Assembly (NCBI RefSeq): GCF_006345805.1
Contig: NC_043004.1
Span: 56,916,001-56,980,000, forward strand
Reading direction: 5' to 3'
DNA length: 64,000 nt
From: Octopus sinensis
Lineage: Eukaryota
Below, one piece after another: positions 26,463 to 38,834 of the stretch; the stretch's first letter is position 1, and each line of letters starts with the position of its first letter. The notes under the pieces are model-generated. The model made no database searches, was not told the origin of the DNA, and was given only the letters and a program-made list of their open reading frames with translations. The translations under genes and the position numbers were made by a program.

Positions 26463-26762
26463 GTTTGTTCCTTCTCGACCCACGCCTGGCTCATAAGGGC
26501 CGGTTTCACGATTTCTTGGCGTATAGGTTCCCCGCCTAGACAGGACGCCGGTCTGTCGCGTATGAGCTGCAAGATGCAGGAGGGAAGAGTGAGAGAAAGT
26601 TGTGCCGAAAGAGTCAGTAGAAGTTCGCCATTACCTTCTGCCGGAGCCGCGTAGAGTTTAGGTGTTTCGCTCATAAACACACACCGCCAGGTCTGAGATT
26701 CGAACCTGCGATTCCTCGACCGCGACTCCGCTGCTCTAACCACTAGGCCATGTGCCTCCACA
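26463..26762 (-). mobile_element. tRNA-derived SINE, head A + tail Y, with 12-bp TSD
   Basis: Head GTGGAGGCACATGGCCTAGTGGTTAGAGC...GGTTCGAATCTC; TSD ATCCTATGATAT at 26451-26462 and 26763-26774. Confidence 0.85.
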
Positions 26763-27119
26763 ATCCTATGATATAATACATTGTATATAATATGTGCATC
26801 CTATGATATAGTACAGCTTTCCCACTGCCAACAATTTGAATTGCACTTTTGTGCTTAAATACCATCCAATATTATATCATACAGCGGAAGTATCTCTAAA
26901 ATGTTACTTCTGTCGAATGATTTAATAAAGTAACAGTCGAAAAAGTACAACAAAGTAAAGCAGATGCAGAATACGAAAATAGGCGATGCTGTACGAACAT
27001 CTGGAAGACGAAGTTTCCTCTGGCACTGCATTAAAAACTCGCAGATAAATGTTGGAAAGTCGATGATAATAAAAAGCAAAACCACTTCAGTGAACTATAA
27101 CTATGTAGAAAGCAACAAT

Positions 27120-27282
27120 GACTATAACATTGGCGACGACTAAAATGAGGATAGTAATGAAGACGATGATGACGACGATAACGATGATGATGATGAGGGG
27201 GAGGAGGATGGTGATTATCATGATGAGGATTAGGACGATCATATTAGTGTCGACGATGATGATGGGGATGACAGGGCTGAAA

Positions 27283-27313
<31 letters not shown>

Positions 27314-27460
27314 TGCTGGTGACGATTTTCACGACAACGACGACGAGTACAACAAGGCTGATAATGATGAGACAGAGGAGGTGGGTGGCAACGTGAAGGT
27401 TGAGGAGTAAAATGTTGATGATGATGATGATGATGATGATGAATATGATGATGATGATCA
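27120..27460. repeat. Degenerate (GAT)n/(GAC)n tract
   Basis: Directly visible; gives poly-M/poly-I ORFs. Confidence 0.9.
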
Positions 27461-28163
27461 TAAATCGAAAGTTACTTTTTCTCCATTGTCATAAAAACCC
27501 ATTTTAGGCTTGTATTAAATCTGAATTTATTGCTAATTATATCCGTGTTCGGATGTTAATGGCTATTGATAAGATTTTATCATAGATTGTTTCATTTTCC
27601 CTGTATTTACTTAGTTATTAGGATTATGGGAAGTAATTTTTAATAAGATCTATAAACGTTCTCATTATTTAAGCAATGTTCTGTTTTCTTTTTTAATAAT
27701 GAAACTTAACCAACTTTATTAAAGTTGTCTACATTACAATCAAAATTTCATATATATATATATATATAAAGACGTTTATTAGAGAAATAGTTGCCTGTGT
27801 GTGTCACAATGGACGGGTTTAAATATGTTTTTTATTATCAAATCCGATCCATTCCAGAATCGAAACCGAATTAGAACAATGTGAGGGAGACAGCAATATA
27901 TTTGGCTCTATATTAATGCTTTGGCCATCACGACCAGTTTTATCCCTCATATGAACCATACGTTAGGCATTGGACCTTTACTATGTAACAATCACATATA
28001 CTCAAATCGCATTTAAAACTTATTGAAATATATTACTAAACACGTTTGGCTAAATTGAAGATGGTATAGTCACGACTAGGACAACTTCCGTCATACGTCT
28101 GCCTGATGAAAGCGGCTTTACGATATAATTGATAACTCTGCCACAAATAACATTTTTTGTATA

Positions 28164-28375
28164 CTTTTACTTGTTTCAGTCATTTGTCTGCGGCCATACT
28201 GGAGCACCGTCTTTAGTCAAGCAAATCAACCCCAAGACTTATTCTTTGTAAGCCCAGTACTTATTCTATCGGTCTCTTTTGCCGAACCGCTAAGTGACGG
28301 GGACGTAAACATACCAGCATCGGTTATCAAGCAATGCTAGAGGGGCAACACACAGATACACAAACATATATACAC
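28164..28375 (-). mobile_element. SINE family 1, 3' half
   Basis: Reverse complement of the 1960-2160 segment, ending at the internal microsatellite. Confidence 0.85.
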
Positions 28376-28408
28376 ACATACATATATATATATATAATAT
28401 ATATTATA

Positions 28409-28456
<48 letters not shown>

Positions 28457-28457
<1 letters not shown>

Positions 28458-28809
28458 TAGCAGTATCGCCCGGCGTTGCTCGGGTTTGTAAGGGAAATAA
28501 CTATAAAGCATTTTTAGAGAGTTTAATAGCCAAAAATGTAAAAAAAATTATGGTAAATTTTTTTTAGTTAAAAGGTCGAGTGCGTCCCCTAGACAGTCTG
28601 TGGTTTGTGTTCTGATTCTCGACCCCATGTCGAATTTATCGATTTTTTTCAGACTGGGGAAACTTTCAAAATTCGCTGCGTTAGTTTGAATTATGACATT
28701 GGCTATGTGTGTGTCAGTTTCATCAGAATCGTTGAAAGCCGTGGTGGGAAGAGGGTACCCTAACAGACACACAGAAACACCCAGACAAACTGCCGTTTAT
28801 ATATAGAGA
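28457..28809 (-). mobile_element. Non-autonomous Helitron-like element inserted in (TA)n
   Basis: Minus strand A|TCTCTATATATAAACGGCAG...CCCGAGCAACGCCGGGCGATACTGCTAG|T; homologous to 24814-25191. Confidence 0.82.
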
Positions 28810-28812
28810 TAT

Positions 28813-28855
<43 letters not shown>

Positions 28856-28880
28856 CTTTATTTTAAGCAGAGAAATTCAA

Positions 28881-28930
28881 CAAAATCTGTTACTCTGAGT
28901 TTCTCGTTGCCGTTCATCAGACAGTTTTTG
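28881..28930 (-). ncRNA. Minimal type I hammerhead ribozyme motif with intact core
   Basis: Minus strand CAAAAACTGT CTGATGA A CG GCAA CG A GAAA CTC A GAG T A ACAGATTTTG: stem I 9/10 bp, 2-bp stem II with GNRA loop, quasi-palindromic stem III, GUA cleavage triplet. Confidence 0.72.
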
Positions 28931-29959
28931 CTAGAATGGAAACTTTATATTAATTCAATCTATACTCTTACAAACGCTACACCTTTAAAAAGAAATGGAC
29001 TTGTTTGATTGGCCCTTTAGAAAAAACGGTCAATCTTCGAGCGATAAACAAAAAGGTCAAAAATATATGTGTATATATATAAAAAAAATTTAAAAAAAAA
29101 AAAACTTATAAAAATTATAAAAATTATAAAATCCGAGGAAAAAAACGAGGAAAAACCTATTGCCGTTAATGAAGACAGTACAAATTAATGCATAGAATTA
29201 AACCTGTATAAATACTGCAATACATATTTATATTAAATCCACATATATATATCAACACATACCACAAGGATGCGCGTAAACGCCATACATACATATACAG
29301 ACGTATGAATATGAATCTAATTATACACATAAAAGCATGTGTACATATATCCACGCAACCGTCTCGCACGCAAGCTAAAATTCATCTATGTAACAATTCT
29401 CATATACTGAGCAAGGAGGGGGAACGAAAGAAAGGGAAAGAGAGAAAAAGGAACGAAAGAGGGGGGAAACTTGTAGCGATGTTATTGGCATCTATAGAGG
29501 CCAGTATACATACACAAGTTTGAATTGATACATATACATACCGTCGTGTGTATGCGTGCTTAAGCACAAGCATACTTTCACTTACACATACACAGATACG
29601 CATGCTTACAAATACATATGCTTTGCTACATATACTTATATAAACATTCTAATTTTGACAACATTGCTGTTTTTTAAAAAAAAACATGCTTTTAAAAAAT
29701 GGGTGCATTAATAAAAATATATACGAAAGACATATAAAATAAAATATAAACTATTTTGGGTCATTTATAAATAATCAAGGTAATATAATAATCAAGGTAA
29801 TCCTATGCAATACAATAACATGAAAACAAAGTTTGTAGGTTTTTCCTAATATATATGTAGAAACAATAAGACTTTGCTATAGGTCCGTCGTAGCGCTCAA
29901 GAGTCAAAATCAAAATCAAAAATCAAAATACAAATATATACTCTATCCATATGGTATAT

Positions 29960-30625
29960 TTATATTCGACATTTTAAATTAGCCGCGTGCCTACATAAGT
30001 TCATTAACTCACTACTTTGATTCAAAGAATTATTGTCTTTGAATAATATGTGCATTTTCTCTAATAAGCAAAGCCTGCACTTGAAATTATATTGTAAGCT
30101 CCATGCCTGTATGGTGCCGCCCTGTCCAGAATGCTCCATGTCACGTTGAAAGGTGGGGCTTCCTTTTCTTTTAGTTCCCAGACATATTTTGCTAGGCTGG
30201 TTTTCTTCCTATTCTCTGGGTATTTAAAAGAATTCTTATGAGAATAAAATCTTGTTTTAAATGAATTTTCTGAAGCCCTGTGTATGTCTTGTATTCGATG
30301 AGCCTTCCACTTGCACCTTGGCTCTATAAACTACTCCTTTCACTAGACATTTCCCTTCTAACGGACAGGAGCTTTCGTTTTTGAAATTACATTTCTTAAT
30401 GGGCTCGGCACCATGTCTAATCTCAATTAGCTTCCTATTATGTTGGCTAATGTAAGAGGCGAAATTTCTGCAACAAGAATAGCTAACCTTCAGGGTTCTT
30501 CTATTAAATATTCTGTAGAATTTATGACCCTGCTTAAAATGCTTAGAGACTAATCTCAAAAATTCCTTACCTATATTAGTCTTTACGGCCAAATTGAAAG
30601 CCGGGTTGAACCACAAAACTTTATA
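29960..30625 (-). mobile_element. Penelope-like element fragment: RT C-terminal linker plus GIY-YIG endonuclease (frameshifted)
   Basis: WFNPAFNLAVKTNIGKEFLRLVSKHF, IFNRRTLKVSYSC, CPLEGKCLVKGVVYRA; then in shifted frames ASENSFKTRFYSHKNSF, LAKYVWELKEK, VTWSILDRAAPY, CRLCLLEKMHIL, SELMNLCRH*. Confidence 0.9.
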
Positions 30626-30639
30626 TATATATATACGTA

Positions 30640-30715
30640 TATACGACATGCTTCTTTCCGTTTCCGTCTACCAAATCCACTCACAAGGCGTTGGTCGGTC
30701 AGAGGCTATTTAAAA
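30640..30715 (-). mobile_element. SINE family 1, fragment of the 5' half
   Basis: CTTCTTTCCGTTTCCGTCTACCAAATCCACTCACAAGGCGTTGGTCGG matches 32650-32710. Confidence 0.75.
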
Positions 30716-30764
30716 TGTATTCAAGATATATTCCTAGACACATGTTTCATTGAATTAAAGAATT

Positions 30765-30976
30765 GGTTTCACATTTTGGCACAAGGTTAGCAATTTAGTG
30801 GGTGGAGATGGAGCATAAGTTGAGTACTTCGAGGTCACTGCTCAACTGGTACTTATTTTATCGAAGGGGTAAAAGTCAAAATCCACCTCAGTAGAATTTG
30901 AACTCAGAACATAAGTACGGACGAAATGCCGCTAAGCATTTGCCCGGCGTGCTAACGGCTTCGCCAGTTCGCTGCT
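30765..30976 (-). mobile_element. SINE family 2, near full length
   Basis: Tail GGTTTCACATTTTGGCACAAGG..., body GAATTTGAACTCAGAAC, head GCCGCTAAGCATTTGCCCGGCGTGCTAACG. Confidence 0.8.
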
Positions 30977-31419
30977 TTATGGCGAGCACCTAAGTGGAAG
31001 AACAGTCATCATGAGTCTACTTGATAAAAACAATAATAACAACAATGACAGCAACAACAAGATAACAACGACAACAACCCACCAATGATTCTGATATCAA
31101 CAATGAACAGAAATTCATTATTTTATAGTGATAGTATATTGATGCTTTTAGCAGTCGATTGACAGAAACGAGGGGGCCGGAAACAAAATAATTTGAAATA
31201 AATTAATTTAGATCTGTAAGTTTTGCGTTCAAAACTCTCTTGATTGTCGACTTTTCTCGTCATCTTCCCACTGAAGATAAAATTGGTACCGCTCGAGTAA
31301 TGGAAACAATATAATCACGTGTTAGTTCACCAAAATAAAGGAGGCTGATAATCTGCGCATTGATAATTCTAGTTATCGTTAGGTCAAATTATAAATTCTA
31401 TCCACATAAGTGTGTGGAT

Positions 31420-31806
31420 TATGGAAGCACTCCGTCGGTTACGACGACGAAGGTTCCGGTTGATCCGAATCAACGGAACAGCCTGCTCGTGAAATTAACG
31501 TGTAAGTGGCTGAGCACTCCACAGACACGTGTACCCTTAACGTAGTTCTCGGGGATATTCAGCGTGACACAGAGAGTGACAAGGCCGGCCCTTTGAAATA
31601 CAGATACAAAAGAAACATGAAGTAAGAGCGAGAGAAAGTTGTGGTGAAAAAGTACAGCAGGGATCACCACCATCCCCTGCCGGAGCCTCGTGGAGCTTCA
31701 GGTGTTTTCGCTCAATAAACACTCACAACGCCCGGTCTGGGAATCGAAACCGCGATCCTATGACCGCGAGTCCGCTGCCCTAACCACTGGGCCATTGCGC
31801 CTCCAC
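31420..31806 (-). mobile_element. tRNA-derived SINE, head A + tail X, full length with 12-bp TSD
   Basis: Head GTGGAGGCGCAATGGCCCAGTGGTTAGGGC...GGTTTCGATTCCC; TSD AAGTGTGTGGAT at 31408-31419 and 31807-31818. Confidence 0.9.
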
Positions 31807-32390
31807 AAGTGTGTGGATAGATACATAGTAAAAACCATAGTCTCTAATATTGGCACGCTGCAATACATTTTGAAGAAAGATATATTTGAATATGTCGACT
31901 ATGTCGTTGCTCTAGTACTTATCTTTCTCTAGAAAAACGAAAAGTAAAATCGACATGTTCAGGCTTTGAACATGGAGTGAGGGACATAACTATGTACCGT
32001 AAGATATTTAATGCGCTATTCTATTAAATCTTCTTGAATTAATGAGAACTGAAATGGGACTAAGCATCAACAGCACAACATTTCAGATGTCTACAATGTG
32101 AACTAGGTCAATACTTCATCGGAGTAGAGTATTGGCTCGGCTGAATCATTAGAGCGTGACACAAATTGATTTGCTATAAACTGGTTATAGTTCAAGAGTT
32201 TGGATAATGATTCAAATGAGAATAATAACGTCAACGTCAACAATAGTAACAGTGGTTTCAAATTTTGGCAAGGGGAAAGAGAAAGTAGATAAAAAGACCA
32301 TCCAAGAGTTTTTATCCATTGATGTAGACAGATTCCTCTTTTGTCTGAGGTAAACACACTGCTGAGAGACTGAAGTTGTCTCTACTAATA

Positions 32391-32781
32391 CTCTTTTACT
32401 CTTTACTCTTTTACTTGTTTCAGTCAGTTGACTGCGGCCATGCTGGAGCACCACCTTTAATCGAGCAAATCGACCCCGGCACTTATTCTTTGTAAGCCGA
32501 GTACTTATTCTATCGGTGTCTTTTGCCGAACCGCTAAGTGACGGGGACATAAACACACCAGCATCGGTTGTCAAGTGATGTTGGGGGGACAAACACAGAC
32601 ACACAAACACAAACACACACGCACATAATATATATACAAATATACGACGGGCTTCTTTCAGTTTCCGTCTACCAAATCCACTCACAAGGTATTGGTCGGC
32701 CCGAGGCTATAGTAGAAGACACTTGCCCAAGATGCCACGTAGTGGGACTGAACCCGGAACCATGTGGTTGGTAAGCAAGCT
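32391..32781 (-). mobile_element. SINE family 1
   Basis: Reverse complement homology to 1732-2165, with a short internal CA/TA tract. Confidence 0.88.
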
Positions 32782-33717
32782 AAATTTAAAAAGCGTGAGA
32801 CAAAGGTGTTGTTTAATTTTTAGCATCCCTATCATGTGTTCAATTGCATGGTAGACGGATGAGACAACGTATATAATAAACATTTCCATGGTGGAATAAA
32901 GGCCTGAGTCACCATGACAACTACTGTCTGAGGTGGTCATCGTTGCAGCATGTGCGACAGCTGTGTACATACACATGTGCATGTATGATGTATGTATATA
33001 TGTATTTATGTATTTATGTAATATTCATAAACACACACACAGACAGACACAAACACACACACGAATATATCCGTATGGTTGTGTGATTTTAGGGAAAATG
33101 TGTTTGTATGTATGGGAGAGAGAGGGAAAGGGATAGAAATAGATAGATTGTGAAAGAGAGAGAGAGAGAGTGAGTGAGAAGGAGTGAGAGTGACTTAGCC
33201 TGAATATTATATATGATTTGGGATGGTGTAAAACATATACCGGAAGGTCTCAGAAGCGTTTCCTTATGGTGTCATTTTCATGTAATAGATGTTTGTTAAA
33301 AATGATGCGAATAATGAAATTTTCAAGTCCTCGTAACAGATTACTCTTTCATTTATTCATGTAATTACACACAAATAACTCGACTGCACATTGATACAAA
33401 CACATAAAATTATTCATGCATACATTCATATATTTTATCTGAAAAATGCCATGTAAATATAATTTACATATATTTAATTCCTGAATAAACACACACACAC
33501 ATACGCGAACACACACACACATTTATAGATACACATACCGATACGCGCATATCTAGATACACATACTAATATTGATATATACACATATTTTGAAAGAAAA
33601 GTTTCTGTAATGCCTATCACCGTCTGTATCTATCTTTCCCTCTGCGTGTATGTTAGTGTGTGTGTGTATGTGTGTGTGTGTGCGTGCGTGCGCGTGTATG
33701 TATGTGAATGTTTGCAG

Positions 33718-34395
33718 GAGTGACTGTGTGGTAAATAGCTTGCTTACAAAGCTCTACCTGCGACGATTTCATCTCAATCGAAGGAGAGGAGCTTTCTCCG
33801 TCCGGGTTGCGGATCCGTGGAACAAGCTGCCAGACGAGATGGTGAAGATGCCGACGACCGCTTTGTTCAAAGCCTCCCTGGACCTCAAGTGGCCTGAACT
33901 CTTTACATGAACACCACCCTGTACATAACTCCATGTCCCCCTACATGGCCTTGCTTTTTGCTTTTGAGCCAAATTAACTAACTAACTAACTAACTAACTA
34001 CAAACCACATGGTTCTGGGTTCAGTCCTACTGCGTGGCACCTTGGTCAAGTGTTTTCTACAATAGCCTCGGGCCGACTAAAGCCTTGTGGGTGGATTTGG
34101 TAGACGGAAACAGAAAGATGCCCGTTGTATATATGTATATATATATATATGTGTGTGTGTCTGTGTTTATGTATTGTCTGCGTGTCCCCCGCCCCAACGT
34201 CGCTTGACAACCGATGTTGGTGGTGTTTACGTCCCCGTAACTTAGCAGTTCGGCAGATAGAATAAGGGACAGGTAGAATAAATAATAGGCTTACAAAGAA
34301 TAAGTCCAGGGGTCGATTTTCTCGACTAAAGGCGGTGCTCTAGGATGGCCGAAGTCAAAAGACTGAAACAAGTAAATGAATAAATGAGTAAATGA
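33718..34395 (+). mobile_element. SINE family 1 interrupted in its tRNA head by a LINE fragment
   Basis: Head GAGTGACTGTGTGGTAAATAGCTTGCTTAC resumes at about 34005 as CCACATGGTTCTGGGTTCAGTCC. Confidence 0.85.
33751..33998 (+). mobile_element. 5'-truncated CR1/L2-group LINE 3' end with (TAAC)n tail and 6-bp TSD
   Basis: LYLRRFHLNRRRGAFSVRVADPWNKLPDEMV...FKASLD is a typical CR1/L2 C-terminus; TACAAA at 33745-33750 and 33999-34004. Confidence 0.85.
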
Positions 34396-35249
34396 GTGTG
34401 TGTTCGCTTCTGCCTGTCTCTGTCTCTCTCTCTCTCTTTCACAGACATACAATGCATACATACGTGCCTGTACACATACACAAACATATATAAATATATA
34501 TATGAGAAAGAGGATAGAGAGAGGAGAGAAGAGAGAGAACAGAGAGAAAGAGATGGCGAGAGGGAAAGAAAGAGAGTTGCACCAAAATATAGAAATCTTT
34601 ACCATTCCTGTGGTTGAATTGTTACATTCTCTATATGTGGACCGGAACCAAAATATATGTATGCGAGGCTGGTATACAAACCCATTATGCATTAATGTAA
34701 TTAATTAATACGGCAAACATTCTACCGTACCCTTCAAATGATGAATGCTACAGGTTATCTTAATTTCCCTTCTGCTGCTTTGAATTGATTTATGTCTAAA
34801 TTGTCCATGCTTCTGAATTTGATTAAGCAGAAAGAGGCATTTTGATGAAATGAAAGCAAAAGATTTGTGCTTTAACAACAGTGGACGAAAACAAACGTTA
34901 AATTTCTATATTTGCTTCTGCTGCGCTGTATTAATTTTATGTATGCGTAGGTTTATAGATTATTTTCTTGATGCTTTTATGTTTTGACTGTACTATTGTA
35001 GAATGCGAAATCGGAGATATTTTACCAATTATGTTGTTCTTTTTCTTTTTCTTGCAAAATATTCATCAATAATTTGAACTAATTACGATAATATCATGTA
35101 CGCATTTATAGTGGTATGCCTATGGGTCGTTCGTTTAGCAAATTGTTTCACACACTCCAGACGACAGCTTATAAAACGTCATGCAAAGCCAAACGCCATG
35201 CATGTAAAATTGAAGATAAATGTACAAATTTGTATTTATTTTCTTTCAT

Positions 35250-35645
35250 TTTCTTTTACTTGTTTCAGTCATTTGACTGCGGCCATGCTGGAGCACCGCC
35301 TTTAGTCGAGCAAATCGACCCCGGGACTTATTCTTTGTAAGCCCAGTACTTATTCTATCGGTCTCTTTTTGCCGAACCGCTAAGTGACGGGGACGTAAAC
35401 ACACCACCATCGGTTGTCAAGCAATGCTAGGGGGACAAACACTGATACATAAACATATACACACACATATATATATATATACATATATACGACAGGCTTC
35501 TTTCAGTTTCTGTCTACCAAATCCACTCACAAGGCATTGGTCGGCCCGGAGCTATAGCAGAAGACACTTGCCCAAGGTGCCACGCAGTGGGACTGAACCC
35601 GGAACCATGTGGTTGTTTAGCAAGCTACTTACCACGCAGCCACTC
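35250..35645 (-). mobile_element. SINE family 1, full length
   Basis: Reverse complement homology along the whole length to 1732-2165. Confidence 0.9.
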
Positions 35646-35909
35646 TTGCGCCTAATAATATAATTATTATTGCTTAGAAATATGCTTTGTGTTGTTTCTT
35701 CCGATGTGTATATTGTGTTGAATTCGCGCCAGAGTCATATCTGTCCTTCATCCATCTGGGGCCGATTCACTAACGTAATAAGATCGCTTTTCTCGGCTAA
35801 TTCTTCGTCTTGAAAATTAGTGGATTTCAGGAAAAGGGATGATGATCATGATCGTGATAATGATGATGATGATGGTGATGTGATAATGGTGATGATGATG
35901 ATGATGATA

Positions 35910-36175
35910 ACAAAGCACAAGGAAACACTTATTGAATTGCAGAGTCTATAGAAAGTGCGGGTAAAATGTATACAAGTAGTTATACGTGCATTAGGAACTA
36001 TCCCTAAAGATCTGAACAGATGGATAGAGGAAATAGGCATAAAACCCAGTTTAGCACAGCTGCATAAAACAGTGTTATTAGGGACAGCTAGGATACTTAG
36101 GAGGGTTCTTGGCATCTAAGGCTGCTTGTTGTGGCCTGATGTTAGGACTCTTTTCATTTCCAACAGTGTATATGA
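35910..36175 (+). mobile_element. 3' end of an R4/Dong-like RLE retrotransposon
   Basis: Plus-strand 35952-36119 reads KVRVKCIQVVIRALGTIPKDLNRWIEEIGIKPSLAQLHKTVLLGTARILRRVLGI*, the typical R4-clade C-terminus; flanked by (GAT)n and (TAA)n. Confidence 0.75.
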
Positions 36176-36227
36176 ATAATAATTATAATAATAATAATAT
36201 TAATAATGATAATAATGATGATAATAA

Positions 36228-37235
36228 TTCTGCTCAATACCACAGATTTGCTTGTCAGTTTCTTCACCTTAACCTGTTGAGCATGTCCTTTAGTGACTGA
36301 CAATATGTGCATCTCTGATCACGATCAGGAGTATTGGTAGAGTATCATAGACATTTGTTGAGAGGAATTCTTTGGGGTTTGAATAATTCACCCTGGAAAC
36401 ATGGGATTTTTTGTTCATCATCAGAACAGATGTGTGAAAAGAGAAGAAAGTAGACTTTCTTCAAGAACACTAGAATAGATACGACAGAATTTGAGGTGAA
36501 TAATAAAGGGAATATCATAGAAGCGAAAGAAAATAGAATAAAACTCTGCAAGACTGACTTCACTGAAATGATCAATAGAAAAGGTCTACCGAAGCACTGA
36601 CAGAGCATAAAGAATAAAAGCATAATCATGATATATAATGTTGCTGTTAGACAGATCTTAAGAAATAAGAGAAATGATCTAACAACCTTAAATAACCTAA
36701 TCTATTCCTCATCATGCCATGTATTTTCATACAAATAACTCTAATACTCTACAAACCTACTTAAACTGGAGGCAGAAACACCTTGAAGTAAGAACCTGCA
36801 TAGACAGTAACAAACTTGCCAACGTCAGAAGAAACATTAGGAAAAAGTAATTACTAACTTAGTTAGAGATTGACCAAAGTAAGCAATCAATAAGGGATAA
36901 AAGAAACGAAGTTGCAGCTAAAGAAGATGCCACAGAACGAATAATTATAGACTATCCTAGGTCTGAATAAAATGCAATAATGATTGAAAGAGTTAATGTA
37001 ACTGATAAGCAAAGTGAAATACACAATGAACCAACCATAAATACTAAGGCATATGAAAATTAAATAAATGAAGAAAGTCACACAAAAGTTCACCCAACAG
37101 AACTTCATGATCTAAATAGTGAAATCATTATCGAATGGCTGAAAATTAAAGAAACCAGTACGAATGAACGCGACACTCTCCCAAAAGTTCGCAATTCTGA
37201 CCAAAACCTGACAGTAATTGTTAAAATCCGTCTTG
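36228..37235 (+). mobile_element. Probable 5' UTR and decayed N-terminal ORF of an R4/Dong-like element
   Basis: Begins right after (TAA)n. Pieces TYLNWRQKHLEVRTCIDSNKLANVRRNIRKK, DLTTLNNLIYSS and IEWLKIKETSTNERDTLPKVRN recall R4-clade N-termini. 36340-36418 is shared with 45737-45817. Confidence 0.5.
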
Positions 37236-37274
37236 CACTTAGGGCTATAATTTCAGCTAATGATATTGATATGT

Positions 37275-37486
37275 CTTTAAAATGAAACTGGATCTCTTCT
37301 TGTCAGGTATCCCAGATGAACCAACTTCACGGCAGGAGGTGCAGATGAGGGCAGCTGCATCGAACTCTCTCATGCACCAAATGGCAATTGCTAAAAAGCA
37401 CTCGTGAAGTAAAATCATGTAGCAACACCAAATGGCGGTGCCCCAGCATGGCCACAGCTTGTGAGCTGAAACTAGATAAAAAAAAA
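37275..37486 (+). mobile_element. 3' end of the same CR1/L2-group LINE family as 3160-4166
   Basis: AAACTGGATCTCTTCTTGTC.GG..TCCCAG.TGAACC...GCAGATG.GGGCAGC.GCATCGAACTC matches 3955-4038; ends in a hairpin tail and an A-run. Confidence 0.85.
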
Positions 37487-37545
37487 TTACTCATCTTAAA
37501 ACAACCAAACCCTATAATAATTATTATTATTATTATTATTATTAT

Positions 37546-37740
37546 TTGGGCAGTGATGTGGTAGAATCGTTACCACGCCGGGCAAAATATTTTGCGGCAT
37601 TTCGTTCGTCCTTACGTTTGGAGTTCAAATTCCACTGTGGTCGATTTTGCATTTCATCCTTTCGGGGCCAATGAAATAAGTACTAGGCAAATACTGGAGA
37701 CGATGTAATTTCAGGCCTTGTGCCTATAGTAGAAATACAT
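37546..37740 (+). mobile_element. SINE family 2, degenerate
   Basis: GTAGAATCGTTACCACGCCGGGCAAAAT...GAGTTCAAATTCC...CATCCTTTCGGGG...AGGCCTTGTGCCTATAGTAGAAA. Confidence 0.75.
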
Positions 37741-38302
37741 TATTATTATCATCATCATCTGTGGTAGATAACATCTGTGGTAGATAAGCGCGTATAATAA
37801 CATAATTTCACACATACAAGGCTTTCCTCAATTTTGAGAGACCTAAATTGAAGAAAAATGCAAAATATAACTACACCTGAGCCTGAATCCTCTAGCGAAA
37901 TGTTTCACACATTTTCATGAGTAGAAACCAAGAAACACTAATTCCACTATTTCCTATCTATCCTCTCGTGTACAAATTTAACAGCACACAACGTCTGAAG
38001 GCTGAAATTTGCTTATGATGTACTGGATAAATATATTTATAATTCATTACTAAATCTACTCATGTATAGCTTTATTGTTTATTTATTTATAAGTCTCAAT
38101 AGCTAATCTAAGAAGAGATATTGGTAGGCCTTCAGCAGCACTAAAGTTAACACTTGTCAGATGCATACGTCAACCCAAAATCTGACCTTCAGATTATAAG
38201 GCGCAGGGTGGTAATTTTGGGGAAAAGTAAAATATCTGCGTTCACACATATATATTTATACATATGAATATACAAACATAAAAAAATATACAATGGCACA
38301 TA

Positions 38303-38678
38303 TTTATATATTAAAGTGAGGTTGTGTGCTGTCTGTCTCCTACGATTTAGATTCCTAACTACTCCCACATTTTGCGGTGCAGTTTAACCAAAACCGGGTA
38401 TCTTATAGTCGTGATTCATATCGAGCCCTTCTGGGTATTAGCGCGCGTCTACGATGAGTCTACGATTAAAAAAAAATTACCATCAATTTTTTTCCATTTT
38501 TAATGCATTTTTGGCATATATAAGGAAAGTAACTCTCTAAAAATTTATTATTAAATCTCAGAACGTAAAAAGCTACAGTACCCCCCGCCCCTTTGTGGTT
38601 AGCCATATTGAGATGGCTATTATACTTTACATCTCTAAAAATGCTTATATAGTTATTTCCCTTACAAACCCGAGCAAC
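38303..38678 (+). mobile_element. Helitron-like non-autonomous variant, 3' terminus missing
   Basis: Shares AAAAATTACCATC...CTCTAAAAATGCTT...ATTTCCCTTACAAACCCGAGCAAC with the 24.8- and 28.5-kb copies but has a different 5' half; stops before the hairpin/CTAG. Confidence 0.65.
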
Positions 38679-38834
38679 TTTATTCCTTCTTTTGCTGGTG
38701 TCTCGAATTTAGGTTAAATCAGTGTTTCTCAAAAGGGAGGCCTATGGGACGGTTGGACAAGTTGTTTTGAGAAAATTTGGTCCATTGGAGCGGGGCTTTT
38801 TGCTCGTATATATATATATTCCATCACATGCTAG

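Noticed and set aside
28103-28125. CCTGATGAAAGC as a fifth hammerhead
   Set aside because: No stem II or downstream GAAA/NUH. Other CTGATGA/CTGAAGA hits (16467, 24027, 24902, 41024, 45872) fail in the same way.
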